Below, one piece after another: positions 1 through 8,698 of a stretch of 36,065 nt of DNA. Made by a program: the position numbers and the translations under genes. The DNA comes from a virus (Duplodnaviria; Caudoviricetes), in the IMG/VR virus record IMGVR_UViG_3300044724_006410, positions 1 to 36,065 of that record, one strand, 5' to 3'. How positions within the stretch are numbered: position 1 is the first letter of the stretch; each line of letters opens with the position of its first letter. The notes below the pieces were generated by a model. It did no database searches. It saw only the letters and a list, made by a program, of their open reading frames with translations, and was not told the origin of the DNA.

Positions 1-280
1 CAATATTTGCATCAGGAATAATATCTCCTTTAACGGTTCCATCTAAATTAATTTGACTATTAACAGCATTTACTAATGTCATGGAATCGTCGCCGTGTAC
101 GCTTCCTTTTATATCGGTTATAACATGACCGTCTTCAAGTGCGATTAATCTAGCATCGTGACTTGCAATATCGGAATACGTTTCGGCAAAGTTTTCGTTT
201 ACTTTATTAAGAGCACTATGTAGTGATTCTCCGTCACCTACTCCAGCACCACCACCAAGATTAAGTATTTTCCTAGCCAT
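1..280 (-). CDS. Partial baseplate/tail-fibre protein with T4 gp9/gp10-like N-terminus (runs off the window edge)
   Basis: Hand translation from ATG at 280: MARKILNLGGGAGVGDGESLHSALNKVNENFAETYSD..., open to base 1. The N-terminal motif matches those of 17858..20758 and 20779..27375. TAATG overlap with the upstream gene. Not in the ORF track. Confidence 0.75.
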   Translation of the reverse strand, partial: MARKILNLGGGAGVGDGESLHSALNKVNENFAETYSDIASHDARLIALEDGHVITDIKGSVHGDDSMTLVNAVNSQINLDGTVKGDIIPDANI

Positions 281-729
281 TAGTAATTCATCCTAATATG
301 ATTAATTGTGCCTTGTACGAATGAATCAACTTTTACCCTTACCCAAACAAAGTTACCTGTAAAATTATATATCTTTGATATTGTGGTTCCTTTATCGGTA
401 TAGTCTAATTCTGTAATTTCAACACCAACTTCAACGGCTCCTGTTGCATCTACGCTATAACCTGCTAAACTATTTGGGTTTAATAGTTCAACATCAAACC
501 AATCATCTGCTGTTGGTTCAATTGCTAGTGTTCCTTGTACCGTTAGTTTGCCAATAAAATCCGATAGTTTAAAGGACATGGTATGATAACCATCTCCACC
601 TTTGTAGTAACCATCTCCTTTGACTTTAGCACTGATGTATTCTTCAGTGGTGCTGTCACCAGGATGATTCACTTGAACAGTGTCTGATCCGTTGATTGTA
701 AATTCAAAATTCGTACTTAGTTCTGGCAT
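280..729 (-). CDS. Hypothetical protein, probably virion structural (beta-rich)
   Basis: 149 aa ORF, translationally coupled to the fibre gene, with TAAATA upstream. Confidence 0.6.
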   Translation of the reverse strand: MPELSTNFEFTINGSDTVQVNHPGDSTTEEYISAKVKGDGYYKGGDGYHTMSFKLSDFIGKLTVQGTLAIEPTADDWFDVELLNPNSLAGYSVDATGAVEVGVEITELDYTDKGTTISKIYNFTGNFVWVRVKVDSFVQGTINHIRMNY

Positions 730-737
730 AGTACTTT

Positions 738-743
738 TATTTA
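738..743 (-). promoter_or_regulatory. TAAATA late-promoter-like motif
   Basis: AATAAATA 8 nt upstream of the ATG at 729. Confidence 0.4.
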
Positions 744-1034
744 TTTAATTTTGATTTTATATGCTTGGGCCATACGGTTAACATCCATGCCTTCTATTGC
801 TGTAATAGCATCATATTTCACCTTAAAAATATGATCTTTACCAGCATCGCAACGATCCCAACCTTTTGCTGAATTTTCGCCTAGGCTTCCAATAACAACA
901 TTTTTGTTTACTTCAATGGGTTGCCCGCCTAATCCATTTGCTGTTACGATAGCATCAATGTTTGTGCCATCAACTATAACTTGGCGTTTGATTAGTTCCT
1001 TAATTATTGCCTTCTTAACCATTTTCTTATGCAT
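741..1034 (-). CDS. Hypothetical protein
   Basis: 97 aa ORF with TAATG coupling to the upstream gene. Confidence 0.6.
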   Translation of the reverse strand: MHKKMVKKAIIKELIKRQVIVDGTNIDAIVTANGLGGQPIEVNKNVVIGSLGENSAKGWDRCDAGKDHIFKVKYDAITAIEGMDVNRMAQAYKIKIK

Positions 1035-1753
1035 TATATTTCCTTTTCTAGTTTAAATTCAGTAATACTTTTAATCGCATCACCAAGATACATTTGCAAT
1101 AATAACATCATTTCTTTATTTGTCGAGTATAAAAATTTACCATTTAGATTAAATCCGCCTGATTCGATACTTTTAATTGTAGTTTCGCTAATTTTTAAAT
1201 CGCTATAATTTTTAACCCAATCCTTAAAACCTTCACGCATAGCCTTAGGTACTATTACATTTCTTAAATTAATTCTATACTGATATTTGTTGTGTGGGTA
1301 ATTGTTAACAATTTCGTTCGTAGGGTTGCTAAAAAGATAGTTCAAATGTGTTGAATCCTTTGGCCAGGATATATCGTATAAACTATCTTTGAATACTCTA
1401 CACATATCATTAAACACTTCTTCATTATTAAAATAAAAACCACAGGTATCGCTTTCTAATCTCATAATAAATTTTACACCAGAGTTAGCAATTTTTTCTT
1501 TGTAAGTCAACACTTTGTAAATTAAAAATCTACTTTCCCATGTTCTTCTCATTTTACGGTTTTCGATATCAGCAATAATAGCACTGGGTCGATACTTCAT
1601 AGATTGCACATATTCTTTGTAGGATTCTACTTTGAAAAGATTAGCAATATGCTCTGAGTCTGGATATCTAATACCAGAAATATGCGGGCAACGTATTGTT
1701 ACCCTATATGCATATTTTCCGAAAAATAGTTTATGAGTGTGATTCGCGTTCAA
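1034..1753 (-). CDS. Hypothetical protein
   Basis: 239 aa ORF with TTG start overlapping the clpA end. Confidence 0.65.
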   Translation of the reverse strand: MNANHTHKLFFGKYAYRVTIRCPHISGIRYPDSEHIANLFKVESYKEYVQSMKYRPSAIIADIENRKMRRTWESRFLIYKVLTYKEKIANSGVKFIMRLESDTCGFYFNNEEVFNDMCRVFKDSLYDISWPKDSTHLNYLFSNPTNEIVNNYPHNKYQYRINLRNVIVPKAMREGFKDWVKNYSDLKISETTIKSIESGGFNLNGKFLYSTNKEMMLLLQMYLGDAIKSITEFKLEKEI

Positions 1754-4001
1754 GTTCTTGCCCTGGAGTTTCTTGCATAAAGTTTTCGATTGACAGTTTT
1801 ATTTCACCATCTATTACATTTACAGTGACTTTACCTCCACTGACAAGATCACCAAATAATACTTCTTTACTCATTGGTTTTTTGATGTCTTGATCAATTA
1901 CACGTTGTAATGGTCTCGCACCCATTTTCTTATTGAAACCTTTCTTAATCAAATGCTGTCTTGCATTATCTGTTAGGACAATAAAGATACCTTTATCTTT
2001 AACAAGGTCGTTTGCTTCTTTGATAAACTTATCAACAATTAATGAACAAGTTGCTTTATCAAGTTTATCAAACTTAACAATACCATCTAGTCTATTACGG
2101 AACTCTGGTGCAAAGAAATCATTTACTGCATTATCATCTTCGCCTTCACGTTCTAAGTTACCAAACCCAACACCGTTCTTTTCCATTTCTCTAGCACCTA
2201 AGTTACTAGTCATAATAACAATAGCATTACGGGCATCTGCTTTTTTACCATTTGATCCTGTAACAAAACCGTTGTCCATAAGTCCTAGTAAAATATTAGA
2301 AACATCTTTATGTGCTTTTTCAATTTCATCTAGCAATAAAATACAGTTTGGATTTTCTTGTAGTTTAGTAATTAACTGTCCAGCATCTTCTTCAAAACCT
2401 ACATAGCCTGGAGGAGCACCAATAAACTTAGCAACTGAGTGCTTCTCTTGGAATTCACTCATATCAAAACGTACAAGTGTTGTACCCATTTCCTGTGCAA
2501 GTACTTTTGCTGTTTCTGTTTTACCACAACCAGTAGGACCAACAAACAAGAAAGAACCAATTGGCTTGTTAAGTGATTTTAGTCCTGCTTGGGCAATAAA
2601 AATTTTATCAAGCAAACTGTCGATGGCTTCGTCTTGACCGTACACACGCTTCTTCATGTTACTGTCAAGGTCACGCATATTTTCGCTATCTTTACTTGCA
2701 ACTTGTTCTAGTGGCAAGTTTGTCATTTTGCTTATTTCAAAAACAATTTGATCGTGATCAATAACACCACCTTCTATGTCTTGAATTTTATATCTAGCAC
2801 CAGCACGGTCGATTACATCAATTGCTTTATCAGGTAGTTTCTTATCAGCCATATATTTTACTGAGTACTTGACAGCATTTTCAATTGCTTTTTCTGTAAT
2901 AGTAACACCGTGATGTTTTTCGTAGTATTTCTTAATACCTTTAAGGATATCAATTGTTGTTTCCTCATCTGGCTCATTAATTGTTACACGTTGAAATCTA
3001 CGCATCAACGCACGATCCTTTTCAAAGTGCTTACGATATTCTTCCCAAGTAGTAGAAGCAACAACTTTAATTGTGCCTTTACCAAGTGCAGGTTTTAGCA
3101 TATTAGCCATATCGTTTGCTTGACCTTGTCCACCACTACCAGCACCATTAATCATGTGTGCTTCGTCGATGAATAATATTGAATTCTTTTTCTTCTCTAG
3201 TGCATGGATCACCATTTTAAGTCGTTCTTCAAAGTCGCCCCTGTATTTGCTACCAGCAACCATAGAACCAATATCTAATGAATAAACTGTGCTATCTTTG
3301 ATAAATTCAGGCACATTATCGTTTACAATTTCTACAGCAAGGCCTTCTGCGATTGCTGTTTTACCAACACCTGGATCACCAACTAACATTACATTGGCTT
3401 TTTGTCTACGTGCTAGAATAAGCACAGTTTCTTCAATTTCTTTTCCACGTCCAATAACAGGATCAATTTTTCCTGCTTTTGCTTTTGCTGTAAGATTTGT
3501 ACAAAACTGACCAATGATTCTTTCTAGTTGACTTCTATTATACTCTGCACTAGCCGCTTCGCCAATAACTGCTTCTGTTTCAATAAAGTTACTAAATTTC
3601 TCTTTATCGATATTGTATTTTTTCATTAAGAAACTGCTGTATGATTTCTTTTCATTTAGTATTGAAAGAAAAACATCGCTTGGACTAATAGTAGTTCTAC
3701 CACTAAACAGTGTTTGTGTAAATGCACGATTAAGAACACGTTCTAGTGCTTGTGTTTTAGTAGGACGGCCTTTTCGTTTGGTATTAACAATATCGTCTAG
3801 TTTAGTACCAATAAATGTTGAAAGGTCCTTGCTCATCTCTTCGATGTTAGCACCAAATTCTTCCAACACCGATTTAAATTCTTCATTTAATACTAGAGCA
3901 TAGGTAAAATGTTCTACTGTTACGTATTCGTGTTTAGCCTCTTGTGCTAATTTAATTGCCTTTTCAAAAATTGTTTCTAGTTGTGAATCAGGTTCAAGCA
4001 T
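1731..4001 (-). CDS. clpA: ATP-dependent Clp protease ATP-binding subunit (ClpA-like)
   Basis: Clp N-domain (HEYVTVEH), two AAA+ modules (GDPGVGKT/FIDEAH and GPTGCGKT/LLDEIEKAH), FDMSEF, GAPPGYVG, GARPL, ClpP-docking-like VGF loop, no ClpB middle domain. Confidence 0.93.
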   Translation of the reverse strand: MLEPDSQLETIFEKAIKLAQEAKHEYVTVEHFTYALVLNEEFKSVLEEFGANIEEMSKDLSTFIGTKLDDIVNTKRKGRPTKTQALERVLNRAFTQTLFSGRTTISPSDVFLSILNEKKSYSSFLMKKYNIDKEKFSNFIETEAVIGEAASAEYNRSQLERIIGQFCTNLTAKAKAGKIDPVIGRGKEIEETVLILARRQKANVMLVGDPGVGKTAIAEGLAVEIVNDNVPEFIKDSTVYSLDIGSMVAGSKYRGDFEERLKMVIHALEKKKNSILFIDEAHMINGAGSGGQGQANDMANMLKPALGKGTIKVVASTTWEEYRKHFEKDRALMRRFQRVTINEPDEETTIDILKGIKKYYEKHHGVTITEKAIENAVKYSVKYMADKKLPDKAIDVIDRAGARYKIQDIEGGVIDHDQIVFEISKMTNLPLEQVASKDSENMRDLDSNMKKRVYGQDEAIDSLLDKIFIAQAGLKSLNKPIGSFLFVGPTGCGKTETAKVLAQEMGTTLVRFDMSEFQEKHSVAKFIGAPPGYVGFEEDAGQLITKLQENPNCILLLDEIEKAHKDVSNILLGLMDNGFVTGSNGKKADARNAIVIMTSNLGAREMEKNGVGFGNLEREGEDDNAVNDFFAPEFRNRLDGIVKFDKLDKATCSLIVDKFIKEANDLVKDKGIFIVLTDNARQHLIKKGFNKKMGARPLQRVIDQDIKKPMSKEVLFGDLVSGGKVTVNVIDGEIKLSIENFMQETPGQELERESHS

Positions 4002-4506
4002 TTACAAGTCCTCGTTTCTTAAATTTATCAGCACGTTTTGTGGCCATATCCCATTTTAGTTTACTTGCTCTGTCCTTGTATGTAATACCTAGCAAATGAT
4101 CAAGTTCGTGCAAATAACATCTTGCATCATAATCTTCAATCTTACCAACTTGTTTTTCGCCTTTTTCATTATAGAACTCTGCAACAATCCATTTGGGTCT
4201 GTGTAATTGTACATAGATACCTGGAAAACTTAAACATCCTTCCCAGTCTAGGGTTGTTTCTTTACTTGCTTCAAGTACTTTAGGATTGATAAAGATTGCA
4301 CTTTTTTCAGGTACATGTTTGCTACCCATTACAAACAGTTGTGCATCAATGCCTACCTGATTAGCACTTAATCCTACGCCATCGCTGGCATACATAATAT
4401 CAAGCATATCTTTTTTAACTTCTAAAATATCCATGTCAGGATTTTCAAAGTCAAATGGTTTAACTTGTTTGTTTAAAAATTCGTCTGGGTAATAAATTAA
4501 GTTCAT
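3994..4506 (-). CDS. def: Peptide deformylase
   Basis: All three PDF motifs present: GVGLSANQVG, EGCLS, HELDH. Confidence 0.95.
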   Translation of the reverse strand: MNLIYYPDEFLNKQVKPFDFENPDMDILEVKKDMLDIMYASDGVGLSANQVGIDAQLFVMGSKHVPEKSAIFINPKVLEASKETTLDWEGCLSFPGIYVQLHRPKWIVAEFYNEKGEKQVGKIEDYDARCYLHELDHLLGITYKDRASKLKWDMATKRADKFKKRGLVNA

Positions 4507-5369
4507 TGTTTTCCTTTAATCTTAGTTATCATATCTAGTTGTTTGGGGGTTAGGTCTTTTGGAATACTTGCTTGTATCTTAATATACAAATTACCATAAC
4601 CGTTTCCATTTAGTATAGGCATGCCTAATCCGCCCATACTGTACGTTGTATTTGGCTGTGTGCCAGATGGTACATTTAGGCTGTAACTTTGACCGTTTAG
4701 ATGTTCTACTTTCACTTTAGTACCTAGTATAAGATCAAATACGTCAACTGTCAAGTCTTTTTGTAAATCGTTTCCGACTCTTTTGTAACCTTTTTGATCA
4801 TGAATGGTTACAGTAACATGAAGATCACCTGGCGGAGCACCTTTAATACTTTGGTCTCCTAATCCTCTTAATCTAATAGTTTGTCCATGATCAATACCTT
4901 TTGGTATCTTAACATCAAGTGTTCTTGTTCCGCCTGATGGCATAGGAATTTGAACAGTAACTTCGTGACCATGGTATGCTTGATCTAAACTTATCTGCAG
5001 GTTAGTTCTTACATTATGGTTTCTATTTCTAGATCGTCTGCTAAAGCCATTTGGTCCAAAGATAATTTCTTCGCCATCGAACCCAGCATTTCCTTGTCCA
5101 AACATTTGGCTAAACATATCTTCAAAATGACTTGAATTAAATCCTTGTTGTCTAAATCCTTGTTGCTGAGGATCAGCAGTACCAAATTGATCATACATAG
5201 ATTTTTTTTGAGGATCTATTAGAGTTTGGTAAGCCTCATTTAATTCTGTAAACACTTTATGGTCACCACCTTTGTCAGGGTGATGCTTTGCCGCCAGTTT
5301 ACGGAATGCAGTCTTTATTTCTTTTTCAGAGGCATTACGGGAAACACCTAAACGTTCATAATAATCCAT
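4503..5369 (-). CDS. dnaJ: DnaJ/CbpA-type co-chaperone (no Zn finger)
   Basis: J-domain (DYYERLGV...HHPDKGG), G/F-rich linker, C-terminal domain (PGDLHV, G.GMP). Confidence 0.92.
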   Translation of the reverse strand: MDYYERLGVSRNASEKEIKTAFRKLAAKHHPDKGGDHKVFTELNEAYQTLIDPQKKSMYDQFGTADPQQQGFRQQGFNSSHFEDMFSQMFGQGNAGFDGEEIIFGPNGFSRRSRNRNHNVRTNLQISLDQAYHGHEVTVQIPMPSGGTRTLDVKIPKGIDHGQTIRLRGLGDQSIKGAPPGDLHVTVTIHDQKGYKRVGNDLQKDLTVDVFDLILGTKVKVEHLNGQSYSLNVPSGTQPNTTYSMGGLGMPILNGNGYGNLYIKIQASIPKDLTPKQLDMITKIKGKQ

Positions 5370-5375
5370 AGTAGT

Positions 5376-5404
5376 ATTATATACTTAGTTTAGGTATTTG
5401 TCAA
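5376..5404 (-). promoter_or_regulatory. Consensus sigma70 promoter for dnaJ-def-clpA, probably leaderless, with embedded TAAGTA
   Basis: TTGACA (5404-5399), 17 nt spacer, TATAAT (5381-5376), 6 nt, then ATG at 5369. Confidence 0.8.
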
Positions 5405-5407
5405 TGA

Positions 5408-5770
5408 TTATTTGTCAGACTTTTTGCTAGACCCTGTGTACAGTCCAAACCATGCCGCACCAGCACCAACTACAATACTAACCAAACCTGATTGTTCCAT
5501 AGTAGGATTTGGAAGTTCCATATACCAAACTACAACTTTGTATAATAAAATAATGTAAGTTGTAATAAAGACGCGAGGAAAAATCCTCCAACTATCCACA
5601 GCCTTTGCTAAATGAATTAGTTTAGCATAAGGATTAACACCTAAGTCTTTTGCTGAAGCATCGACATCTAGTTCTAGGTTAATTTTACGTTTAGTAGTAT
5701 CAGCACCAATATTCACATCGATACCTTTTCCTGCTCTAATCTTTTCTTGTTCGGTTTTTAAATCACTCAT
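5408..5770 (-). CDS. Holin-like two-TM membrane protein
   Basis: Two hydrophobic helices (WRIFPRVFITTYIILLY; LVSIVVGAGAAWFGLY), basic C-terminus, downstream of endolysin and spanins, GGAGG SD. Confidence 0.6.
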   Translation of the reverse strand: MSDLKTEQEKIRAGKGIDVNIGADTTKRKINLELDVDASAKDLGVNPYAKLIHLAKAVDSWRIFPRVFITTYIILLYKVVVWYMELPNPTMEQSGLVSIVVGAGAAWFGLYTGSSKKSDK

Positions 5771-5797
5771 TATTTGTTACCCTCCGTATAATATGTG

Positions 5798-5803
5798 TAT
5801 TTA
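5798..5803 (-). promoter_or_regulatory. TAAATA late-promoter-like motif
   Basis: AATAAATA upstream of the GGAGG SD of the holin-like gene. Confidence 0.5.
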
Positions 5804-5956
5804 TTAAAAATCGCAGGATATTTGGCCTCTGGGTACTATTTTTTCTGTAATAGTCTGACCTTTAGTGTTAAGTTCAGCACCAGGTTTTAATGTACAAGTG
5901 GATTGTGAAGAACAACTACTGAGAAGCAGTAGCGTCAGTATTATCGTCGCCCTCAT
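5804..5956 (-). CDS. Small predicted lipoprotein (50 aa), not in the ORF track
   Basis: Hand translation MRATIILTLLLLSSCSSQSTCTLKPGAELNTKGQTITEKIVPRGQISCDF*; lipobox LSSC; fills the gap between o-spanin and holin-like genes. Confidence 0.7.
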   Translation of the reverse strand: MRATIILTLLLLSSCSSQSTCTLKPGAELNTKGQTITEKIVPRGQISCDF

Positions 5957-6308
5957 AATACTTTCTGTATTCGTCTAGTGTAGCACCTTGTTTGATCATG
6001 TATGCACGTATTTGTGCAAAGTTTTTAGCAAGTGTTTCATAGTCATCATCGCTTAAACCAAACAGCACAGGATCTTTACCTTGCTCTTTCATTTTTGCAA
6101 ACACTTCTTCAGCATTTTCAGAAGTAATAATGATGAATTTTAGTTCCTCCATTTTAGGAGTTTCTGGATCCGGAAGATTCAGAGGTGCTCTTTCTACTTC
6201 TGTCTTGAAAATGTCTAACTTAGATACCGTACTACAACTAGTAAGGAACGTAGTTAGGATTAGCAATACTAGGACATTCTGAATTGATTTCAGATTTCTT
6301 TGTAGCAT
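5916..6308 (-). CDS. o-spanin (Rz1-like outer-membrane lipoprotein)
   Basis: Lipobox LTSC after a hydrophobic stretch, Pro-rich segment, overlaps the 3' end of the i-spanin gene in another frame. Confidence 0.75.
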   Translation of the reverse strand: MLQRNLKSIQNVLVLLILTTFLTSCSTVSKLDIFKTEVERAPLNLPDPETPKMEELKFIIITSENAEEVFAKMKEQGKDPVLFGLSDDDYETLAKNFAQIRAYMIKQGATLDEYRKYYEGDDNTDATASQ

Positions 6309-6723
6309 TTCTCTCTGCCTCCGTTAGTTCTGCACCCATAGCAATTTCTACACATCTCATTGCTTTAGCAGATGCACTGTTAATAATACGTTCAACTAAT
6401 TTATCTTTTTCAATAGCAAGTTTACCGATATCACGCACTTCGCCTTTACCGTTGATTTTATTAAAACGTTGATCGAGTGCTTTAAACTCTGCGGTAAGCA
6501 CTCTGTTTCTTTCTTCAAGTGCTTTGTTAGCCGCAAGTATAGCAGTAAAATCTTTTTGCTGTTGCTCAATAACAGCCTGTTGTTCAGACACACTATCTAA
6601 CAGTTTAGCGTTATTTGCTTCACTAGTAGCAAGATCACTTTTAAGTGTTTTTACATATACGAAACCACCGCCGGCACCTGCCAACATAATTAACACCATT
6701 GCAATTTTAATTGAACCGAACAT
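6238..6723 (-). CDS. i-spanin (Rz-like)
   Basis: N-terminal TM helix, long coiled coil, two C-terminal Cys, located after the endolysin. Confidence 0.75.
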   Translation of the reverse strand: MFGSIKIAMVLIMLAGAGGGFVYVKTLKSDLATSEANNAKLLDSVSEQQAVIEQQQKDFTAILAANKALEERNRVLTAEFKALDQRFNKINGKGEVRDIGKLAIEKDKLVERIINSASAKAMRCVEIAMGAELTEAERNATKKSEINSECPSIANPNYVPY

Positions 6724-6724
6724 T

Positions 6725-6841
6725 TTATCTTCCCTGTTTACAAACTTCTATGACAATCGCTTTACCATCGCCGTCCACAAATTCTTTATATAGTGGACCT
6801 TCATGGTATTTGTGGCCGCAGTTTTTACAGGATTTTTTCAT
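6725..6841 (-). CDS. Small Cys/His-rich protein (38 aa), not in the ORF track
   Basis: MKKSCKNCGHKYHEGPLYKEFVDGDGKAIVIEVCKQGR*; ATGA overlap with the endolysin stop; ends 1 nt before the i-spanin ATG. Confidence 0.65.
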   Translation of the reverse strand: MKKSCKNCGHKYHEGPLYKEFVDGDGKAIVIEVCKQGR

Positions 6842-7350
6842 ACCATTTTAAGTGCGGCTTCTGTAGTCTCTTCTACTCTGCGTGTCCAACCTCTACCGAA
6901 TGTAGAAAAAGTTGATAAAGACTCGTAGTAACTTTGACGGTCTGCTTGATACTTTTTAATTGTTTCTTCTACACCGTGTTCATCAACATAGTTGTCTAAT
7001 GCTTTAAGTGTATTAGGACCAATACCACCATCTGCTACTGTACCAATCTGTCTTTGTAGATACTTTGCCGCTCTACCTGGGCCAGCATTTACAGCAAAAT
7101 CAAATACACAAAGATCTAATCCTGATGGAAGATCATCGCCTTTAACTTTGCCCCAATAATTTTTTTCGTAAATAGGAGCAACATCTTCAACTAAAAGATC
7201 TTTCATGTCTTTAGTTCCGCCCCATTCTTCGTAAACTCTTTTTGTAACACCTAAGTTAGTTTCGCCACCTGGGTCTTTTGGATGGTTTACATATCCACCT
7301 TCATGATGCAAGATCATCTCTAATGATGCTTGATAGTTCTCTTTAGCCAT
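6838..7350 (-). CDS. Endolysin, glycoside hydrolase family 108 with peptidoglycan-binding segment
   Basis: HEGGYVNHPKDPGGETNLGVT, FDFAVNAG, ADGGIGPNTL, FGRGWTRR. Confidence 0.93.
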   Translation of the reverse strand: MAKENYQASLEMILHHEGGYVNHPKDPGGETNLGVTKRVYEEWGGTKDMKDLLVEDVAPIYEKNYWGKVKGDDLPSGLDLCVFDFAVNAGPGRAAKYLQRQIGTVADGGIGPNTLKALDNYVDEHGVEETIKKYQADRQSYYESLSTFSTFGRGWTRRVEETTEAALKMV

Positions 7351-7351
7351 G

Positions 7352-8065
7352 TTATTTCCTTTTTAATACTTTAGTTCTTACACCGTTTGTAAAGAACAAG
7401 TTTTCATCTATTTTGTATATATTATAGTTACCAAAGTACTTTGTAAGCCACAGAACTTCTGACATTGACTCTTCGTCCAATTTAGTTGCACCTACAAATC
7501 TTCCAGTAATTTCTTCGGTTGTGCCTTCGTCGACAATTTCCATTCTGACACTACCACTTGCATGTCTTTTAAATTCTATAATATTGTCAGCCACATGCTT
7601 TTGTTCAGTTGCACCTTTATTGAAAAATCTATTTAACTCTCTTTGTTTGTAGCCTTCAATAAAACTGTTATATGTTTCCTTATCTACTGGAACTTCTATT
7701 TCTTCTGTGAATGGCTTACTTTCAACTTCTTTATAGTATCTGTATTTCCATTCGTCGATTCCTGTTAACTTTTGTACATCATCAAGAATTGTTTTAATAT
7801 TTTTACCTAAGTATCTGTTGCGTTCAAGTTCAACAAATACATCATATTTTCCTCTACGATTTTCGCCTGAACTTACATCTGCGTCTAAAATAAAAGGATA
7901 TCCTTTTTCAATAAAACTCATTAAGTCTTTAGCAGGTTCTTGATCAGTAACTTCAAATGCAAGTACTGATACATCTTCATCTTTACCCATTTTTGATTTG
8001 TATGAATCAATAGTAAAGATTTCGTTTACAAAGTTTTTTAAATCATTAGATTTGAGAGATGTCAT
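7352..8065 (-). CDS. Hypothetical phage protein
   Basis: Long ORF; start reassigned to ATG 8065 (MTSLKS), which has a GGAG SD. Confidence 0.7.
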   Translation of the reverse strand: MTSLKSNDLKNFVNEIFTIDSYKSKMGKDEDVSVLAFEVTDQEPAKDLMSFIEKGYPFILDADVSSGENRRGKYDVFVELERNRYLGKNIKTILDDVQKLTGIDEWKYRYYKEVESKPFTEEIEVPVDKETYNSFIEGYKQRELNRFFNKGATEQKHVADNIIEFKRHASGSVRMEIVDEGTTEEITGRFVGATKLDEESMSEVLWLTKYFGNYNIYKIDENLFFTNGVRTKVLKRK

Positions 8066-8573
8066 TCTGTTGCTCCAAGTCACTATCTGCTGTTGCTTGT
8101 ACTTCAGGTTGTGTTGCTACCTGATCCATATCGCCATATAATTGTTCATCGATGCTTCTTAAGTATCCTTTGTACATATCAAACAATAAACTCTTAGGCA
8201 TTTCAACATTTATGATCCAAATAGGATGTCTATCAATTTTACCTTTTTTAGTACCAGGACGATAGTCATCTGGTGTTTTGATTTTTCTTGGTTGCATTAA
8301 GAAGTCTTTTTTGTATGAAACTTTACAGTTGTAATCTAGCAATCTTTCTCCTGCTTTAGGATTAGGCATTTTATCTCTAGGCCACATAAAACTGCAACTC
8401 ACAGTGTGCCTATTAACAATAGGACCTTCACATAACTCGCCATCTTGCCAGTTTTCAAACACATACATGTCTAATTCATCTAATACACGCTCAAAGTCTT
8501 TAAGTACCCTTAGTGTGTTATTAGACTCGTATATGCCCTTGATATTTTCGATTACTTGTGCAACGTCATACAT
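8046..8573 (-). CDS. Hypothetical phage protein
   Basis: Start reassigned to ATG 8573 (MYDVAQ), with GGAG SD and TAAATA upstream. Confidence 0.7.
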   Translation of the reverse strand: MYDVAQVIENIKGIYESNNTLRVLKDFERVLDELDMYVFENWQDGELCEGPIVNRHTVSCSFMWPRDKMPNPKAGERLLDYNCKVSYKKDFLMQPRKIKTPDDYRPGTKKGKIDRHPIWIINVEMPKSLLFDMYKGYLRSIDEQLYGDMDQVATQPEVQATADSDLEQQNDISQI

Positions 8574-8590
8574 AATTTGTTCTCCACATT

Positions 8591-8659
8591 TATTTATCGT
8601 ATTCGTGACCAATAAAAAAATAATATTATACGTTTAAAAACGCATATATTTGTTAAATA
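8591..8659. promoter_or_regulatory. Divergent pair of TAAATA motifs
   Basis: TAAATA on the minus strand at 8591-8596 and on the plus strand at 8654-8659, in the intergenic gap, each upstream of an SD-led gene. Confidence 0.55.
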
Positions 8660-8698
8660 CTTTTGCAGTTGGGCATAAAACCTTAAAGGAGGTACATA

